Of a stretch of DNA of 64,000 nucleotides, positions 24,731 through 39,295 are shown in pieces. The translations under genes and the position numbers were made by a program. The stretch's first letter is position 1, and every line of letters starts with the position of its first letter. The notes below the pieces were generated by a model. That model worked only from the letters and a program-made list of their open reading frames with translations, was not told the origin of the DNA and searched no databases. This DNA is from Prorocentrum cordatum (Eukaryota). The stretch is taken from contig CAUYUJ010000155.1 of NCBI GenBank assembly GCA_963575745.1, positions 1 to 64,000 on the forward strand, written 5' to 3'.

Positions 24731-25990
24731 GGCCCGCCGCCCTGTGCTTGCCACAGAGGTGCACAACATGCTAAATTTCAATGTGTGTTGCCCCTTCCAA
24801 AAGATTCCAAATGGGGTCTCGGCCTGACGAGCCACCGTGTCCAAAACCACTGGTAATCTGCACACAACGCCCGCCTCCAAGACGCCCAAGATGATCCAGA
24901 ATGGCCCCAAGTTCGCCCAAGACAGTGAAGATAGCCCCAACAAAGCCCAAGATGGCCCCCAGATGGTTCCAAGACGGCCCCTGGCATCAAGATGGCCCAA
25001 GAGGCCCCCAAGACGCCCCAGGAGGGCTCCAAGAGGACCTCCATGAGGCCAAATTCATAAGTTTCCCTCAGGCCTGCCCATGAGTTTAGCGTCCTCGCCG
25101 TTGCGGGTCTCCAGCGCACCAAGACAGCCCCCTAGGCCCCCAAGATCGCCCCATGACGGCCCAAGAGGAAGACGGCCCCATAGACCTCCAAGACGGCACT
25201 AAAGCGCCCAAAAAAGGGCCCACGACTGCCCAGAGAGGGTCCCAAGAGGGCCTCCGAAGGCCAGGAGGCCTCTTAGAGGCCCCCACGAGGCCTCAGGCCT
25301 CCAATGAGCCCCAGGAGGCCCCCAAGGGCCCCTCTGAGGCCCCCAAGACGCCTCCAGGAAGACTTGGTAGTATTAGTAATAATAGTCCGTGTGGTATGAT
25401 TATTCTTATGGCTAGTATGAGTATAATTAATAGTAATAGTATTATTACTGATTTTGGTAGTATTCGTATTCGCCTTACTCTTCGTAGAAGTAGTAGTGTT
25501 ACTAAAATGGTTGATCGTATTAGTCTTAATATTAGTTTTATTAGTAGTAGGAGTAGGAGTAGGAGTAGGAGTAGGAGTAGGAGTAGGAGTAGGAGTAGGA
25601 GTAGGAGTAGGAGTAGGAGTAGGAGTAGGAGTAGGAGTAGGAGTCGGAGTAGGAGTAGGAGTAGGAGTGGGAGTGGGAGTGGGAGTAGGAGTAGGAGTAG
25701 GAGTAGGAGTCAAGCTAGCCAGCTCGAGCGAGTCAAGCATGGCATGCCCAGTCCCACCCGCCCTCCCACAACATAAGAAGCAAAGCTGGCACAACTGGGG
25801 GCCGAAGTCACACCGGCCAGCCGGTTTGGTACAGCTGATGCGGCCGCGATGGCGGTTGCCGACGGGAACTGGCGAGCGCGTGTTGAATGCCGCGCACGCA
25901 TTGCCAGACGAGTCGAGAATGGCCCGGTACACCGCAGGAAGCCAGAGGTGGCCGGAGGAAGCCCGACGGTCTGACAGGACACCCCAAAGC

Positions 25991-26371
25991 ATTTTTGTGA
26001 AAAAGCATTGGGTTTTTGATGTTTTTATGTTGAAATGCTTGCAAACACACGGTGTTCGGTAGGATTCTGACATGAACGCGCGAGTGTGCTCTTTGTGGTA
26101 TTTTTTGCACAGGATTCGCGGCCTGGGTGCATGACAGAGCATCGCGAGTGCACCGCGCGATGACGTGAAATCGCTGGATTTGACAGAATTCTTAAGATTC
26201 CTATGGTTTTCCTATGATTTCAGCAAGAGAGCCCGGGCGGGAAATTTGTACAATTTTTGTGAAAAAGCATTGGGTTTTTGATGTTTTTATGTTGAAATGC
26301 TTGCAAACACACGGTGTTCGGTAGGATTCTGACATGAACGCGCGCGTGTGCTCTTTGTGGTATTTTTTGCA
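25991..26371. repeat. Near-identical ~119-bp AT-rich direct repeat (25991-26109, 26253-26371)
   Basis: ATTTTTGTGAAAAAGCATTGGG...TGTGGTATTTTTTGCA occurs twice. Confidence 0.9.
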
Positions 26372-26549
26372 ATGGATTATCGCCGTGGACGACAGGACGT
26401 CCATGTCGAGAGGAAAAAATAAGAAAAATGTTGATTTTGTATTGTTTTTTACAGGTTAGGATGGGACCACCCGGATGCGGCCCCTATCGGCCGGCCTGAG
26501 GGGGGAGTAGGAGTATATTCTAATAAGGAATAAGGATAGGAGTAGGAGT

Positions 26550-27735
<1,186 letters not shown>

Positions 27736-27846
27736 ATTCCTGCTTCTCCTCCTTCTCCTCCATCTTATCCTCCTTATCCTCCCTCTACTCCTCCTCCGCC
27801 TCCTCCTCCTCCTCCGCCTCCTCCTCCTCATGTCTCTCCCTCAGCG

Positions 27847-29312
27847 CCAGCTCGGCTCGAGCCTGCTTGGCTCGAACCCCGAGCCCGCGCGGTCGGAGCT
27901 CTCGCTCCGCCTCCATGTCCGGCCTCGGCGCTCCGGAGCGGCCGCGGCGGCGGCCCAACCGCACAGCGGCAGGGCGGCGCGCCCAATACCGCCGAGCTGA
28001 GGCACGTGCCGTCTCCCACCTCCTCGACACCTTCGCGGCGCTGGTGCACCGTGGCAGTGAGCCCACGCGGCTTGCCTCGGCGCTCGTCTCGGCGTTGCAG
28101 GCGTCCGAGGCGCAGGCGGCCACTCGAGGTGAAGAGCAGGAGGAGACGCGGGAGGAGTTCACCGAGGAGCAGGGCGTGGAGCAGGTGCTGTCCTGCCCAG
28201 GGTCCCCACGGGGGGCGGCTGCCCAGGGCGGAGGCGGCGCGGCAGGCCCGGTGCAGGCAGCGGACGTGACGGCGAACGAGGCGGAGGTTGCTCGGGCGGC
28301 GTCGCCCTCTGGCCAAGTCGATGCGGCCGTTGCTGGGCCTGTCGCCTCACCTGTCGGCGCAGAGCGCCAGGAGTCGACGGGTGCGAGCTCACAAGATCAG
28401 CCTGGCGCACCACGTGCTGAAGGAGGGTGCGAAGGGCCTGGAGGAGTGGGTTCGCAGGATCTCCCCCAGCCTCGCCCTGGCGCGTCGTCGGCCGACGGCA
28501 GCGCATGGGCCAGGCGGCGAGCGGCGCTGGTTGCAGATGGCGAGATTTTGCGGGGCGGAACCGCTGCTGCCGTGGCCGACCGTCGGCAAGGAGCTGCTTT
28601 CGCTTTCACGCCAGATGTCTTGGCCGCGTTGAACAGGGCTACGGAGCAGCAGGGGCAGCCTTCCACGTCTGCTTCGCCCTCCCCTTCAACGCCAAACGAC
28701 AACTGCAAGAACCAGTAGCTATGCTTTTTGGTGGGTGGAATTTTTTTCGCTCAGGCATTTTGTTTGGGCCACTGCAAGAGTCGGGCTCTCCTCCACGACA
28801 TCGAAGGGGCCTCGCTGTATTTTGGCTGAGCCTGGCCCAGGCCCACAGGGCAAGCAAGGCATATATCATTGTTTGTTTCTGGCTTGTGGGGACGTATATT
28901 CGGTGTTTGTTTGGTGGAGGAGTCGCTCTTGCGGTTTCAATTCAATTCCCAGCAGTATTGACGCTCGTCTTCCTGTGCTTCGTCGCGTTCGACTACTTTG
29001 TCGCCCAGTTCGGCTACGAGGTCAGGGGAGGCGGGGCTCTCTTTCTCACACGACTACGTCGTATAGCTCGCACCTCGCACCTCATGTCTCTCCCTCCCCC
29101 AAAGTGCTCCTCCCAAAGGTTTCACAACTGTTGGAGGAAGACATCGTGCAGCAGAGTGGCCAGACTTTGACCCAACATTTGGCCGCATGGGCGTTCCCAA
29201 AATGCACGGTGGGGCGGGTGTAATTCGCTGCGGGCGTCTTCGATAACTGATCCTCCTCGTCACACCACCATACATGTCGGTGATTAGGGTGGTCCAGGCG
29301 GTTCGCCTGTAA
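27847..29312 (+). mobile_element. Probable non-autonomous retroposon or retrocopy with two degenerate SL relics and a 267-aa ORF
   Basis: Two abutting 15-mers, CCAGCTCGGCTCGAG (27847-27861) and CCTGCTTGGCTCGAA (27862-27876), match CCATTTTGGCTCAAG at 11/15 and 10/15. The ORF starts at ATG 27915. The unit follows a (CCT)n tract. The 3' limit is approximate, set where a different repeat family begins. Confidence 0.55.
27915..28718 (+). CDS. Hypothetical protein, basic helical N-terminus (RRAQYRRAEARAVSHLL..HRGSEPTRLASAL), possibly LINE ORF1-like
   Basis: Intronless open frame of 267 aa, not microsatellite-derived, starting 38 nt after the SL-like relics. Confidence 0.5.
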   Translation: MSGLGAPERPRRRPNRTAAGRRAQYRRAEARAVSHLLDTFAALVHRGSEPTRLASALVSALQASEAQAATRGEEQEETREEFTEEQGVEQVLSCPGSPRGAAAQGGGGAAGPVQAADVTANEAEVARAASPSGQVDAAVAGPVASPVGAERQESTGASSQDQPGAPRAEGGCEGPGGVGSQDLPQPRPGASSADGSAWARRRAALVADGEILRGGTAAAVADRRQGAAFAFTPDVLAALNRATEQQGQPSTSASPSPSTPNDNCKNQ

Positions 29313-29359
29313 CTTCTTCACCGCTTAGGCCCTGAAGCTTGAAATCTCCGACAGCTAGA

Positions 29360-29844
29360 CGGATGGAGGGCTGATCGTTTTCAAAATGAGGCTCTCGCCT
29401 TAGCGCCGCGCACGTTCGCCTTAGAAGCTTCCAGCTACCAGAATGGAGGGCGGAACCTGTTCCAAGTGTGCCTCTCGCCTTGGCACCGCGCACATTCGAC
29501 TTCAGTGGTTCCGACAGCTACACGGTTGGAGGGCGGTTCCTTTTCAAGTTTGGGTCCTCATTTGCTGAACGTATGGCCCGAAATGCGAGATTGTAAAAAC
29601 ATGAAGGCGCTCCCATGTCAAAACGGGGCCTTCGGTGGAATACTCCGCGGCCCTTGGGTTTGATGACGGAAAGGTGTCCTGCAGCATCGCTGCCCCCATC
29701 ATCCTCCTCCTCCTCCTCCTCCTCCTCCTCCTCCTCCTCCTCCTCCTCCGCCTCCTCCCTCTTCCGCCCCCCCCGCGCGGAGGAACAGAAGGGGGAGGAG
29801 GAGACGACGACGAGGAAACGACGACGAGTAGACAACTACGAGGA

Positions 29845-29913
<69 letters not shown>

Positions 29914-29988
29914 CGCGGGCCCCAAAGCACCTGGAACATGACCAGCAGCCCGCGTTCCAGTCGAACGCCTCAAGCCGAAGGGGGGGGG

Positions 29989-30021
<33 letters not shown>

Positions 30022-30790
30022 GTCATCGTCGTCGTTGTGCGCTCGCGCCTTTCGGGAGGAGCGGGAGGAAGAGGAGGAGGAGGACGAGGAGGAGCAGCAG
30101 CAGCAGTGTAAACCCAAGAGACAGCAACGATGTTGGCATAAACCCTCCCTCCGAAGCTCCGTTTTCAAAGGCCCTTACAAGGGTCATTTCCACTGGGGGA
30201 ATTGCCTCGTTAGAAGACAACCGTTTGAAGACCCTGAAGCATGCCAAAACATTACTCTCGGGACTCCAACGCCACGGATCAACCTGACTGTTGCGTCTTG
30301 ACAATCCTGAATCGAGCCAGAGCGCCATTCCTCGGACTTCAACGCCGAGAATCAACGCAACTGTTGTACCCGCACAATCATGAATAGTTCCTCAACGCCA
30401 TACCTGGTACGTTGACCGTGGGAATCAGTAAAAATGTGCGCGGCGTTAAGGCGACAGCCACATGTTGAAAACGAACCGCCCTCCATGCGCGAAACCCTTG
30501 CATATGTTGTGTTCTATGTATTTGCATGTGTTTATATTACGCTTGCTCTAAATACACACATATACACTAAAATATCAGCTGCGCTAGGGCGGGAACCACG
30601 TTTTGAAAACAGCCCGCCCTCAATCCGCGAAACGCGTGCACATGTTTAAAACGAATGCTCACGGCGCTAAGGCCAGAACCACAATATGAAAACCACACGC
30701 CCTCACTCCGTAAAACTCTCGCAAATGTTGAAAACCGAATCTGCGCGGCGCTAGGGCGAGCCACAATTTGAAAACGACCCGCTCTCCATG
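29360..30790. repeat. ~80-bp repeat family present in both orientations (29360-29570 minus; 30435-30790 plus)
   Basis: GCGGCGCTARGGCGRGARCCACRTTTTGAAAAC..CGCCCTC and its reverse complement. Confidence 0.7.
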
Positions 30791-31869
30791 TGGAACTGCA
30801 GCCAATGATGTTTACGCCTCAGGGTCATAAAATTGTAAGGAAATCTCAGGGGAAATGCCTGGTCCGCCCATTCGACCGGCCTCGGGAAGCGACAGGGAGA
30901 AGTTGCTTAGAAGGAAACGGAATGGAGGAGGATAAGGATCAGTAAGGATAAGGCCCCTGGGGGGTCTGAGTTACTTCGCCTGCTAAAGGCAGGACCCCTG
31001 GGTAAACATTTTGATGCAGGCCCCCATTACTGCTATCAATACTGGGGGCTGCCTGGTGCGCGCGGCCTCCTACCCTGTGGTAGGGGCCGCTGCACCGCAG
31101 CAGGGGAACCCTGCCTTGGTGAGCTGGATCCGCGACGCAGGCGGGCAGGGGTGGCCCCCCGTGGAGACGGGCCCCACCCGCTGAGTGCGTTCCCCCCTCT
31201 CCCGCTCCCTCACTCCCCCACCCACTCTCCTCACTGCTGGAGGAGGAGAAGGGAGAAGGTATGAAGGCATGGAAGCCTGGTGAAAGCCAAGCTGCGCCAC
31301 GCAGGGCGGGCCCCCGGCCCCGCGGGACGGAGGATACGACAGGCATGGCCCCTTGGGCCTGGCCCTGGGCCAGCACGCAAACCAACCAAGGGCACCAAGA
31401 GCCCCCAGCTCACAAGCCGAGTCCCATCGTGGCGACCCAGAAGCACCCGGCCGAAACCCAGACAGACTGACTGCATCACCGGCGGCCCACTCAGGACGAG
31501 AGGTCAGCCTCCTGCAGCACTGCCGCGGCTTGCGCCTCGCGTCGCCGCTCCTGCTCCTCCCTGGGCCTCGCGGCGTTCCGAAGCGATCGCCGCCGGTGGG
31601 CCGCTGCACCCTGGGAGCGCTGCGACCGCTTCGAGGCCGAGGAGCCGCCGTGCCAAGCCACACCTTGCCTCCTCCTCCTCCTCCTCCTCCCCCCCTCTCC
31701 TCCTCCTCCTCCTCCTCCTCCTCCTCCTCCTCCTCCTCCCCTCCTCCTCCTCCTCCTCCTCCTCCTCTCCTCATCCTCCTCCTCCTCCTCCTCCTCCTCC
31801 TCCTCCTCCTCCTCCTCCTCCTCCTCCTCCTCCTCCTCCTCCTCCTCCTCCTCCTCCTCCGCTTCCGCC

Positions 31870-33750
31870 GCCCCTGCAGGGTCCAGCACGGCGGGCCAGC
31901 TGGCACGCGCTCCCGGGCCTGGGCACCTGGGCGCGCCGAGCCGGACGCGCTTCCGGCGCGGGTGCGGGTGCAGACTCTGTCTGAGTCGGCGCCTGGCCCC
32001 ACCCACAGGCCGGGCGCGCCTGGGCCTGGACGTGGCTCCAGCAGCTTGCCCCGACCATGCCGCTGGTGCTGCTCTTTGGACGCCCGAAATGGGTACGGAA
32101 AGAACGGGTACAATGCCCAACAGCAAATGTTGTCCCAAACCAACAGCGGCCGCTGTTGGGCAGGCGGCCTTCTGTCTCGAATGGACAAAGGCCGCGGCGG
32201 CGCGGACAGCGAGCCCTGTTCAAAATGAACAGGAGCTGCTGTTGAGCAGTGTACCCATTCTTTCCGTACCCATGTCGGTCGTCCCGATGCTCGTGCACAA
32301 GTGCGCGTCTGGCTGGCCGGCGCGCCCAGCCATCAGGATGCAGCGGCCCAAAAGCCACCGCGGGCTCTCCGCAGCGGCGTCGAGGGCCTGGCTGCCCGCA
32401 GCAGTCGGGCCGCATCCTCTAGGCGCTGCGGCGGAGACGACGCCAAAAACGTCGTCGCGCCCCAGCCCTGAGGGGGGCAGCGTCGCCACTGGACTTCGTC
32501 TCCGCATCCGTGACAGCAGGCAGGGCTTTCCGCTGGACGCGAGGGCACGCATCACCCATCCCTGGCGCGGCCGGCTTCTCTTCGCTGCTCTCCTGTTCCA
32601 GCCTCGCGGCCTCCCCGCAGCCTCCTCCTTCCCCTGGCGGGTGGCCGCGCCACTCGTGCCGCTGGATGTGGGCCTGCGCGTCGCCTAGCCACCAGCGGAG
32701 AGCTGCTTGGCACGCCGCCTGCATGTCGCAGCGAACAACTGTGCCTCCCTAGACACCTGCCAGAGCCTCGCGACCCGATTGGCCATTCGGTCGGCGACTG
32801 CATTGCCCGCCCGTCTCCAGCTGAGCAGCGGGGTTCTGGCCGCCTCTTCCGAAATATGGGCCTTCACCTTGATCACCTCCGCGTCCTGGTCCACCAGTGC
32901 GGCCCACCAGGCTCGCAAGAGGTGGCGGCGGACGTTCGAGTCCTTCATGGCGAACTCCGTCGCTGGCACACCTGACGTTGCCCTTACAATCACACTGCAC
33001 CCTCAGAGGTCTCTGGCCCAGCGCCGCGAGCATCTTGAAGGCATAGTCTTCCCCGTCTCTCGCCTCCTGAAGGGCCCCCTCAGACAGAGGTACCACCCGC
33101 CAGCCCGATGACCTCCTCCCTCTCATCGCTGATGGATATGACAGCCCAGCCTGCCCGCCGCAGCGCATCGTCGTCGACGTCGCACACGCTGCCGTCGACG
33201 AAGACGTCGCCCGTGAAGGCCCTCGGGAAACACTGGCCGGGGCCTGGCGGCAGGGATCTCGCGAGGAGCCCGCCCGCCGCCTCGCCGCACGCCCGCACGA
33301 CCGCTGCGGCTTCCACAAGACATCGAGGGGGCAGCGGTCTCGCCAGCGCTGGGCGGTGCACACACACACAAGCGAAGCATTGATGCCGCAGGCTGCCTCG
33401 CGCAGCCTGGCGCAGCATGCACCGGTCATTCTCCGCCTGGCACGCGTCGCACAGCCTGGCCCGCGCCCACTGAAAGCCCCCAACGTGGCTCCCAAGGGCT
33501 CGCTCATTGGGGGGCGCCCCACTCCTGCTCAATCTCCGCCACGCCTGGCCAGCAGCGCTGCCGCCGGTGCACAATTCGAAGGAGTAGCCCAGCTGCCGTC
33601 GCCCCGGGCTCGGGCGAGCGCACACACCTCAGCAGCCTGCTGGGCGCACCTCCGGATCAGCTCCATGGTTGCCCCTGGGGAAGGCCACTTCGTGCTCATT
33701 CCGCCTGCCGGGAGCTCCATGACGTCGTAGCTCGAGGGGCCTGTCCTCCC
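31870..33750 (-). mobile_element. 5'-truncated, frameshifted LINE fragment (RNase H region), interrupted by a MITE
   Basis: FTGDVFVDGSV..LRRAGWAVI; LQEARDGEDYAFKMLA..VQCDCKG; VIKVKAH..GNAVADRMA across three frames. It resembles the RNase H of the 10-13 kb element. Boundaries are approximate. Confidence 0.8.
32079..32283. mobile_element. MITE, same family as 4390-4595, inserted in the LINE fragment
   Basis: GACGCCCGAAATGGGTACGGAAAGAACGGGTACAATGCCCAACAGC ... GCTGTTGAGCAGTGTACCCATTCTTTCCGTACCCATGTCGGTCGTC. Confidence 0.85.
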
Positions 33751-36604
33751 TCGGGGCCTGCGCGACGATGCGCGCCCCTCTGCGGATTGGACCAGCCCGA
33801 TGGAGACCCAGGCAGGGGTCTGGAGAAGCTGGAAGGCTGCGGGCTACTCCCTCCTCGGGCCACCTGTGCCTCGGCGGAGGCCACGTCTGTAGTTCGCGTC
33901 CTGGAGAAAGTATTGACTTCCGAGCGCTCGGCCTGCCTGCGTGCAGTTGTGGGTGATTCCCTGGTGTCCCGCAGCGACGGAGCTACCAGCTTGGACTGCG
34001 AGCACGTAGGCCCTGACAGCGAGCGTAGATAGTCAACAGTGCTTTTCTCTGGTGTGTCAGATGAACGGTTGTGTAAGAAAGCAGCATCCTCATGATAATC
34101 CTCGTCATGAAGCCTCCTCCTCCTCCTCCTCGTGCTTCTCTTCCTCCCCCTCCTATTGCTCCTCCTCCTCCTCCTCCTCCTCCTCCTCCTCCTCCTCCTC
34201 CTCCTCCTCCTCCTCCTCCTCCTCCTCCTCTGCCCCGAGGGCCGCCGAAACGCTCGGCGCCGACTGAGCCCCGGGGGGGTGGGACCACGGGGCCTGGCGC
34301 CACGTCCGTATTCCGCACGTAGATGAGCTCGTCCTGGGAGCCGGGCGTGCCCTGCCTAGCGCGCCCCCCGCGGCGAGTTGGTGGCGCGCGGGGGGAGGAC
34401 GATGCACACGTCGTGGACGTCGTCGTTAGGGCCAGTATAGCGCGTCTCTGGAGATACTCGTCGCCACGAGTGACTGGACGCGCCTCGGGAAACCGGGCAG
34501 GATGAATCTGGGAGGGGTCTGGGGACTATCGTGTAACGATCTTGTCGCGGTCAATGGCCTTAGAACTCCCCCGAAAATGAATGATCCCCTGCGTGGACCC
34601 TGATCAGTAGGCTCTTCCAGCCGTGAGGGGCAACTTATGTGGCACAACATGTGTGTGTGTGTGTTGCACAGTGTGATGTGCAACATCTAGGTCGTAACAT
34701 GTGCAGTGCGATTTGAATGTGATGCGATCTGTGTGGTGAAGGCAGCGTGGGGCAACCTGGAAGGTGCACTGTATGTGGTGACATACGCGCAGTGCAACCT
34801 GTATAGGGCAACATCCGCCACCGTGCCACAGGCACTGAATGGAGATGACTGGAATGCCCTCAGGTCCGCTGATACCCTCAACAACGGATGTTGCAAATAC
34901 TGTTCGCGGGCCAGGACCCCCACTCGCGGGAATTCCTGCGGATGCCCACATGACTTGTCCAAAGGCCTCGGGAGCGAAATTGTCTTCCCACATGTCCTCA
35001 GATGGCATGGCCCCGTGGGACCGTCCTGGAGCTCTATTGGGGCCTGTTGGGCGTCTCGGAGGCCCTCGGGGCCCTCCCAAGAGACCGAAGACGTTGCAAA
35101 ACTATGTTTTGCATGGTTCAACAGGGTCGGCGTTTCGGTTTTTAGAGCGTCCAAGGCGGCCCAAGAAGCCACAAATATCTACCCAAGGCGGCCCTGAAGC
35201 CCCCAAGAGGGTCCTGAGAAGCACCAAAGTTGGCAACAAGAGGGGGCCGAAAGGCAAGGAGGAGCTCGAAGTGACTTCGGGAGCCCTCCATCCCAAGACG
35301 GCCTCCGAGACCGCCAGCAAGTCCCCCAAGAGGCGCCCAACAGGCCCCCAGGGCGCCTTCACGAGACCTTCCAATGCTTGCAAAGGCCTCACAAGCGAAG
35401 GAAAATAAGGCGGAGGCGGGGACGGTATAGCAGGAGGACGGACTGAGAATACACGATCGGAACGAAACAACAACGTGCAAAGCCGTTGCTGCACAAAAAA
35501 CTGGCGCAACCAGGTCGATCCTCGGCTGGCAGCTCTGAAGCACTTGTTACTCTGTTGTTTGGTCACATCGTGGAACTTCTGGCTGGCCAGATACTTTGAA
35601 GCCCAGCTCGGGGGTACACGATGGAGAGGAGAGGAGAAATAATGCCCGAGAAAGGGCGCGTCTAGACAGGATTCTCATGGCTGCATCCCCGAGCTCCCCT
35701 GGAACTTTCAGGGGGCTATGTTTTCCGACGGAGCCCGTGGCACGCCTGGGGTGGGGACGGAACAAACTGGGGACGAGGGCTAACGGCAGGTGCTCTCCAG
35801 AAGCGACGGCGGCTGCTGCTGGGACGGCGACGCGCGCTCCGCATGGACGGCGTCCGCGGCGGCACCGACGGCGGCTCCCGCCCAGAGTGGGGCAGAAGCT
35901 GTCCGTCTCCGCTCCTCGCCATCGCTCGGACGCCCAATCCCCGTGCGCGGTTCGGCTTCGTGCGTGTTGCTTATTTTCTTTGCAGGATGCGACAAGATGC
36001 TCCTCGATGGTCCTCGCCGAGAAGGCACACGTCGATGGTTCTCGATGATCCTCGCCGAGAATGCACACGTCGATGGTCCTCGATGGTCCTCGATGAAACG
36101 AGATGCTCCTCGATGGTCCTCGCCGAGAATGCACACGTCCGAGCGGTGCCGAGGCGCACTCCGTGCTGCCGCGCGCCTGGATCCGTGCTTGCGTCTCCTC
36201 GCGCCCTTCTCGGTCTGCACCCCCCCCCTCCCCCGCAGTGCCCCATCGATCCCCTCCCTCATCCCCCCTCACCCTCCACCTCCCCCTCCTCCTCCTCCTC
36301 CTTCTTGCTTCTCTCTCCCCCCCCTCTTCCTCCCCCATCCTGGTCATCCTCCTCCTCCTCCTCCTCCTCCTTCTCCTTCTCCTACTCCTCCTTCGCATCC
36401 TCCTCCTCCTCCTCCTACTCCTCTTCCCTCCTCCTCCTCCGCCCTCCTCCCCTCCTCCTCCTCCTCCTCCGCCCCCTCCTCCTCCCTCCTCCTCCTCATC
36501 CTCCTCCTCCTCATCCTCCTCCTCCTCCTCCTCCTCTGCTCATCTCATCCACCATCACCATCATCATCATCATCATCATCATCATCATTAATCGTCATCT
36601 CCAG

Positions 36605-36643
<39 letters not shown>

Positions 36644-36688
36644 ATCATCACCATCATCATCATCTATCATCATCATCATCATCAATCC

Positions 36689-36752
<64 letters not shown>

Positions 36753-36942
36753 TCATCATCATCAATCATCATCATCATCAGCATCATCATCATCATCATC
36801 ATCATCTTCATCATCCTCAGCATCCATCATCATCATCATCATCATCACATATCATATCATCAACATCATCATCATCATGCATCATCATCATCATCATCAT
36901 CATCATCACCATCGTCAATCAGCATCATCATCAGCAGCCCAG

Positions 36943-37019
<77 letters not shown>

Positions 37020-38268
37020 GTAGCATCATCATCATAATAATCAGCATCAGCAGCAGCATCATCATCATCATCATGATCGTCATCATCATGTGCACTCCTC
37101 TGATTAACATAAGTCGTATTAGTAGTACCACTAGTTCTAATACTACTAATAAGTCTAAGAATGACATTGTTACTCATCATATCAGTGCTACGTATTGCTA
37201 TACTCATTGTAGTGTGATTATGATTAGTAGCAGTGGTTGCAATAGTATTGGGAGTGTTAGTATTGGTAGTATGCTTCGTCTTCGGCGTATGATTAGTAAT
37301 AGTGCGATTATTACTATAGTTATCACGATGGAAACTACATCGTATGATTCGCCGTATCAATCGTCTTAATACTCTGAGTAGTATTATTCGTCGTAGTGGT
37401 ATTCGTCGTATGTGTCGTATTGGTTGTCTTCCTCCTCCTTCCCCTCCTTGTATTCTTCTTCATAGTATTAGTGCTGTTACCATTAGTGGTATTATCATTC
37501 GTATGGTTAGTAGTAGCAGTAATTTGTTTAGTGTTATTATTCTTATTCCTGCTCCTCAACCTTCTCCTCCTCCTCCTCCTCCCCCTCCCCTCCTCCTCCT
37601 CCTCCTCCTCCTCCTCCTCCTCCTCCTCCTCCTCCTCCTCCTCCTCCTCCTCCTCCTCCTCCCCCTCCTCCACTCTTCCTCCCCCTCCTCCTCCTTCTCC
37701 TCCTCCTCCTCCCCCCCTCCCTCCTCCTCCCCCTCCTCCCCCCTCCTCCCCCTCTTTCCTCCCCTCCTCCTCCTGCTCCTCCTCCGCCTCTCCCTCCCCT
37801 TCCTCCCCTCCTCCCCCTCTGTCCCCCTCCTCCTCCTCCTCCTCCTCCCTCCTCCTCTCTCCTCCTCCTCCCCCTCCTCCTCCTCCTCCTCCTCCCTCCT
37901 CCTCCTCCTCTCCTCCTCCTCCTCATCATCATCCTCCTCCCCACCTCCACATGGAGTCTTTGTGCCCACCGCCGCAGCGGCGCCGTGCTCTCCCTCTCCC
38001 TCTCTACCGCCCGCGCGCGCGCCCGGGCGCGAGCGGCGCGCGCGGGGCCGCCCCAGCGGGCGCCCGCGGGGCTTCGCCTGCCGAGGAGGAGGGAGGGAAG
38101 GACGCCCAGCGAGGAGGAAGAGGAGGACGGCCACCCCTGGCGAGGAGGAGGAGGAGGAGGAGGAGGACGAGGAGGAGGAGGAGGAGGAGGACGGCCACCC
38201 CTGGCGAGGAGGAGGAGGAGGAGGAGGCGAGGAGGAGGAGGCGAGGAGGAGGAGGCGAGGAGGAGTCG

Positions 38269-38798
38269 GATCAGGGAGAGCAGACGAGCAGCCTCGCGAT
38301 GGCTTCGCACGGCTGCCCCTCCCCCTCGCCACCCCACACGACAGCACGAGCACGAGCGAGGCGGAGGATCGGAATACCCGCTTCTGGGCTCCATCTCTTT
38401 CCAGCTATCTGCGGGACGGGAAAATGACCACAGCCACTGCTTCTTGTTTGCGCCGCCTTCCAGCGGGCCGAAAAAGAAGCAGTGGTTGTGGTCATTTCCC
38501 TGGTGCCAAGCTTAACGAAAATGACCACAAGCACTGCTTTCTTTCTGCTGGCTGGAAGGCGGCAACAAAAGAAAAGCAGTGGCTGTGGTCGTTTTCACGC
38601 CCCGAACTATCGTGGCACAACTTTGATCGTACTGCACTTTGTCGCGGCAATCGGTCATAGCTCGCCACGCCTGCTTCTCTCAGAGCAGCCTTCTGCGAAG
38701 GAGCTCTTGCTGTGGTCACGAACGCCACGGTCACGCTGGCCCAAGTGGGGTGGTGGGGGGCAAGCCATCGCGAGGCTTTTCGTTTGCTCCCCCTGATC
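38269..38798. mobile_element. MITE with ~38-bp TIRs and two internal ~80-bp palindromes
   Basis: GATCAGGGAGAGCAGACGAGCAGCCTCGCGATGGCTT / AAGCCATCGCGAGGCTTTTCGTTTGCTCCCCCTGATC; TCG on both flanks; palindromes at ~38419-38500 and ~38517-38597. Confidence 0.78.
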
Positions 38799-39149
38799 TC
38801 GCGAGATGCAGACGCAGAGGCGCCAGCCTATTCTCGCGCACTCTCTGGAATCGAGAGGTCAGTGGTTCCACACTGTCACATTCTGGCTGTTCGCGTTCTG
38901 CCACTGCACAGAATCTACGGCGGAACCAGCTGCCTCCGCAACGGGTAACCCTGCGAGGGTCGCCGCCGAGCGCCTCGTGGGAACGTTCACGCGGGCAGAT
39001 CGCGCCCCGCACCCAAGGCACCCCATTCCTCTCGGGGAGGACGCCTGGCTGCAGGCGCTCTCCCAGAGAGCAGATGCTTCCGCTGGTGATCGCTGATCAT
39101 CGCAAACGGCCGAACAGCTTTGCGAGAAGCTGCGGCCCCCAGAACAGCA

Positions 39150-39284
39150 CTCGATGGCTCAGAGATGGGGTCCCGAGGCGTGGGGTCCTGAGGACGGGGT
39201 GCCCGGAACATCGTGAATCTACTCCTGGATCCCGTCCTGTCCTCAGGTCCCCCTCCCTCAGGGCCCCAACTCTGAACCACCGAG
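39150..39284. mobile_element. Short fold-back MITE
   Basis: CTCGATGGCTCAGAGATGGGGTCCCGAGG / CCTCAGGGCCCCAACTCTGAACCACCGAG. Confidence 0.65.
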
Positions 39285-39295
39285 AAGTACATCGA

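Noticed and set aside
25708..25740. Possible SL relic (CAAGCTAGCCAGCTCGAGCGAGTCAAG)
   Set aside because: The similarity is too low and not in 15-nt register.
30790..31490. Non-repetitive stretch that might be a retroelement terminus
   Set aside because: No motif, terminal repeat or second copy in the window supports a call.
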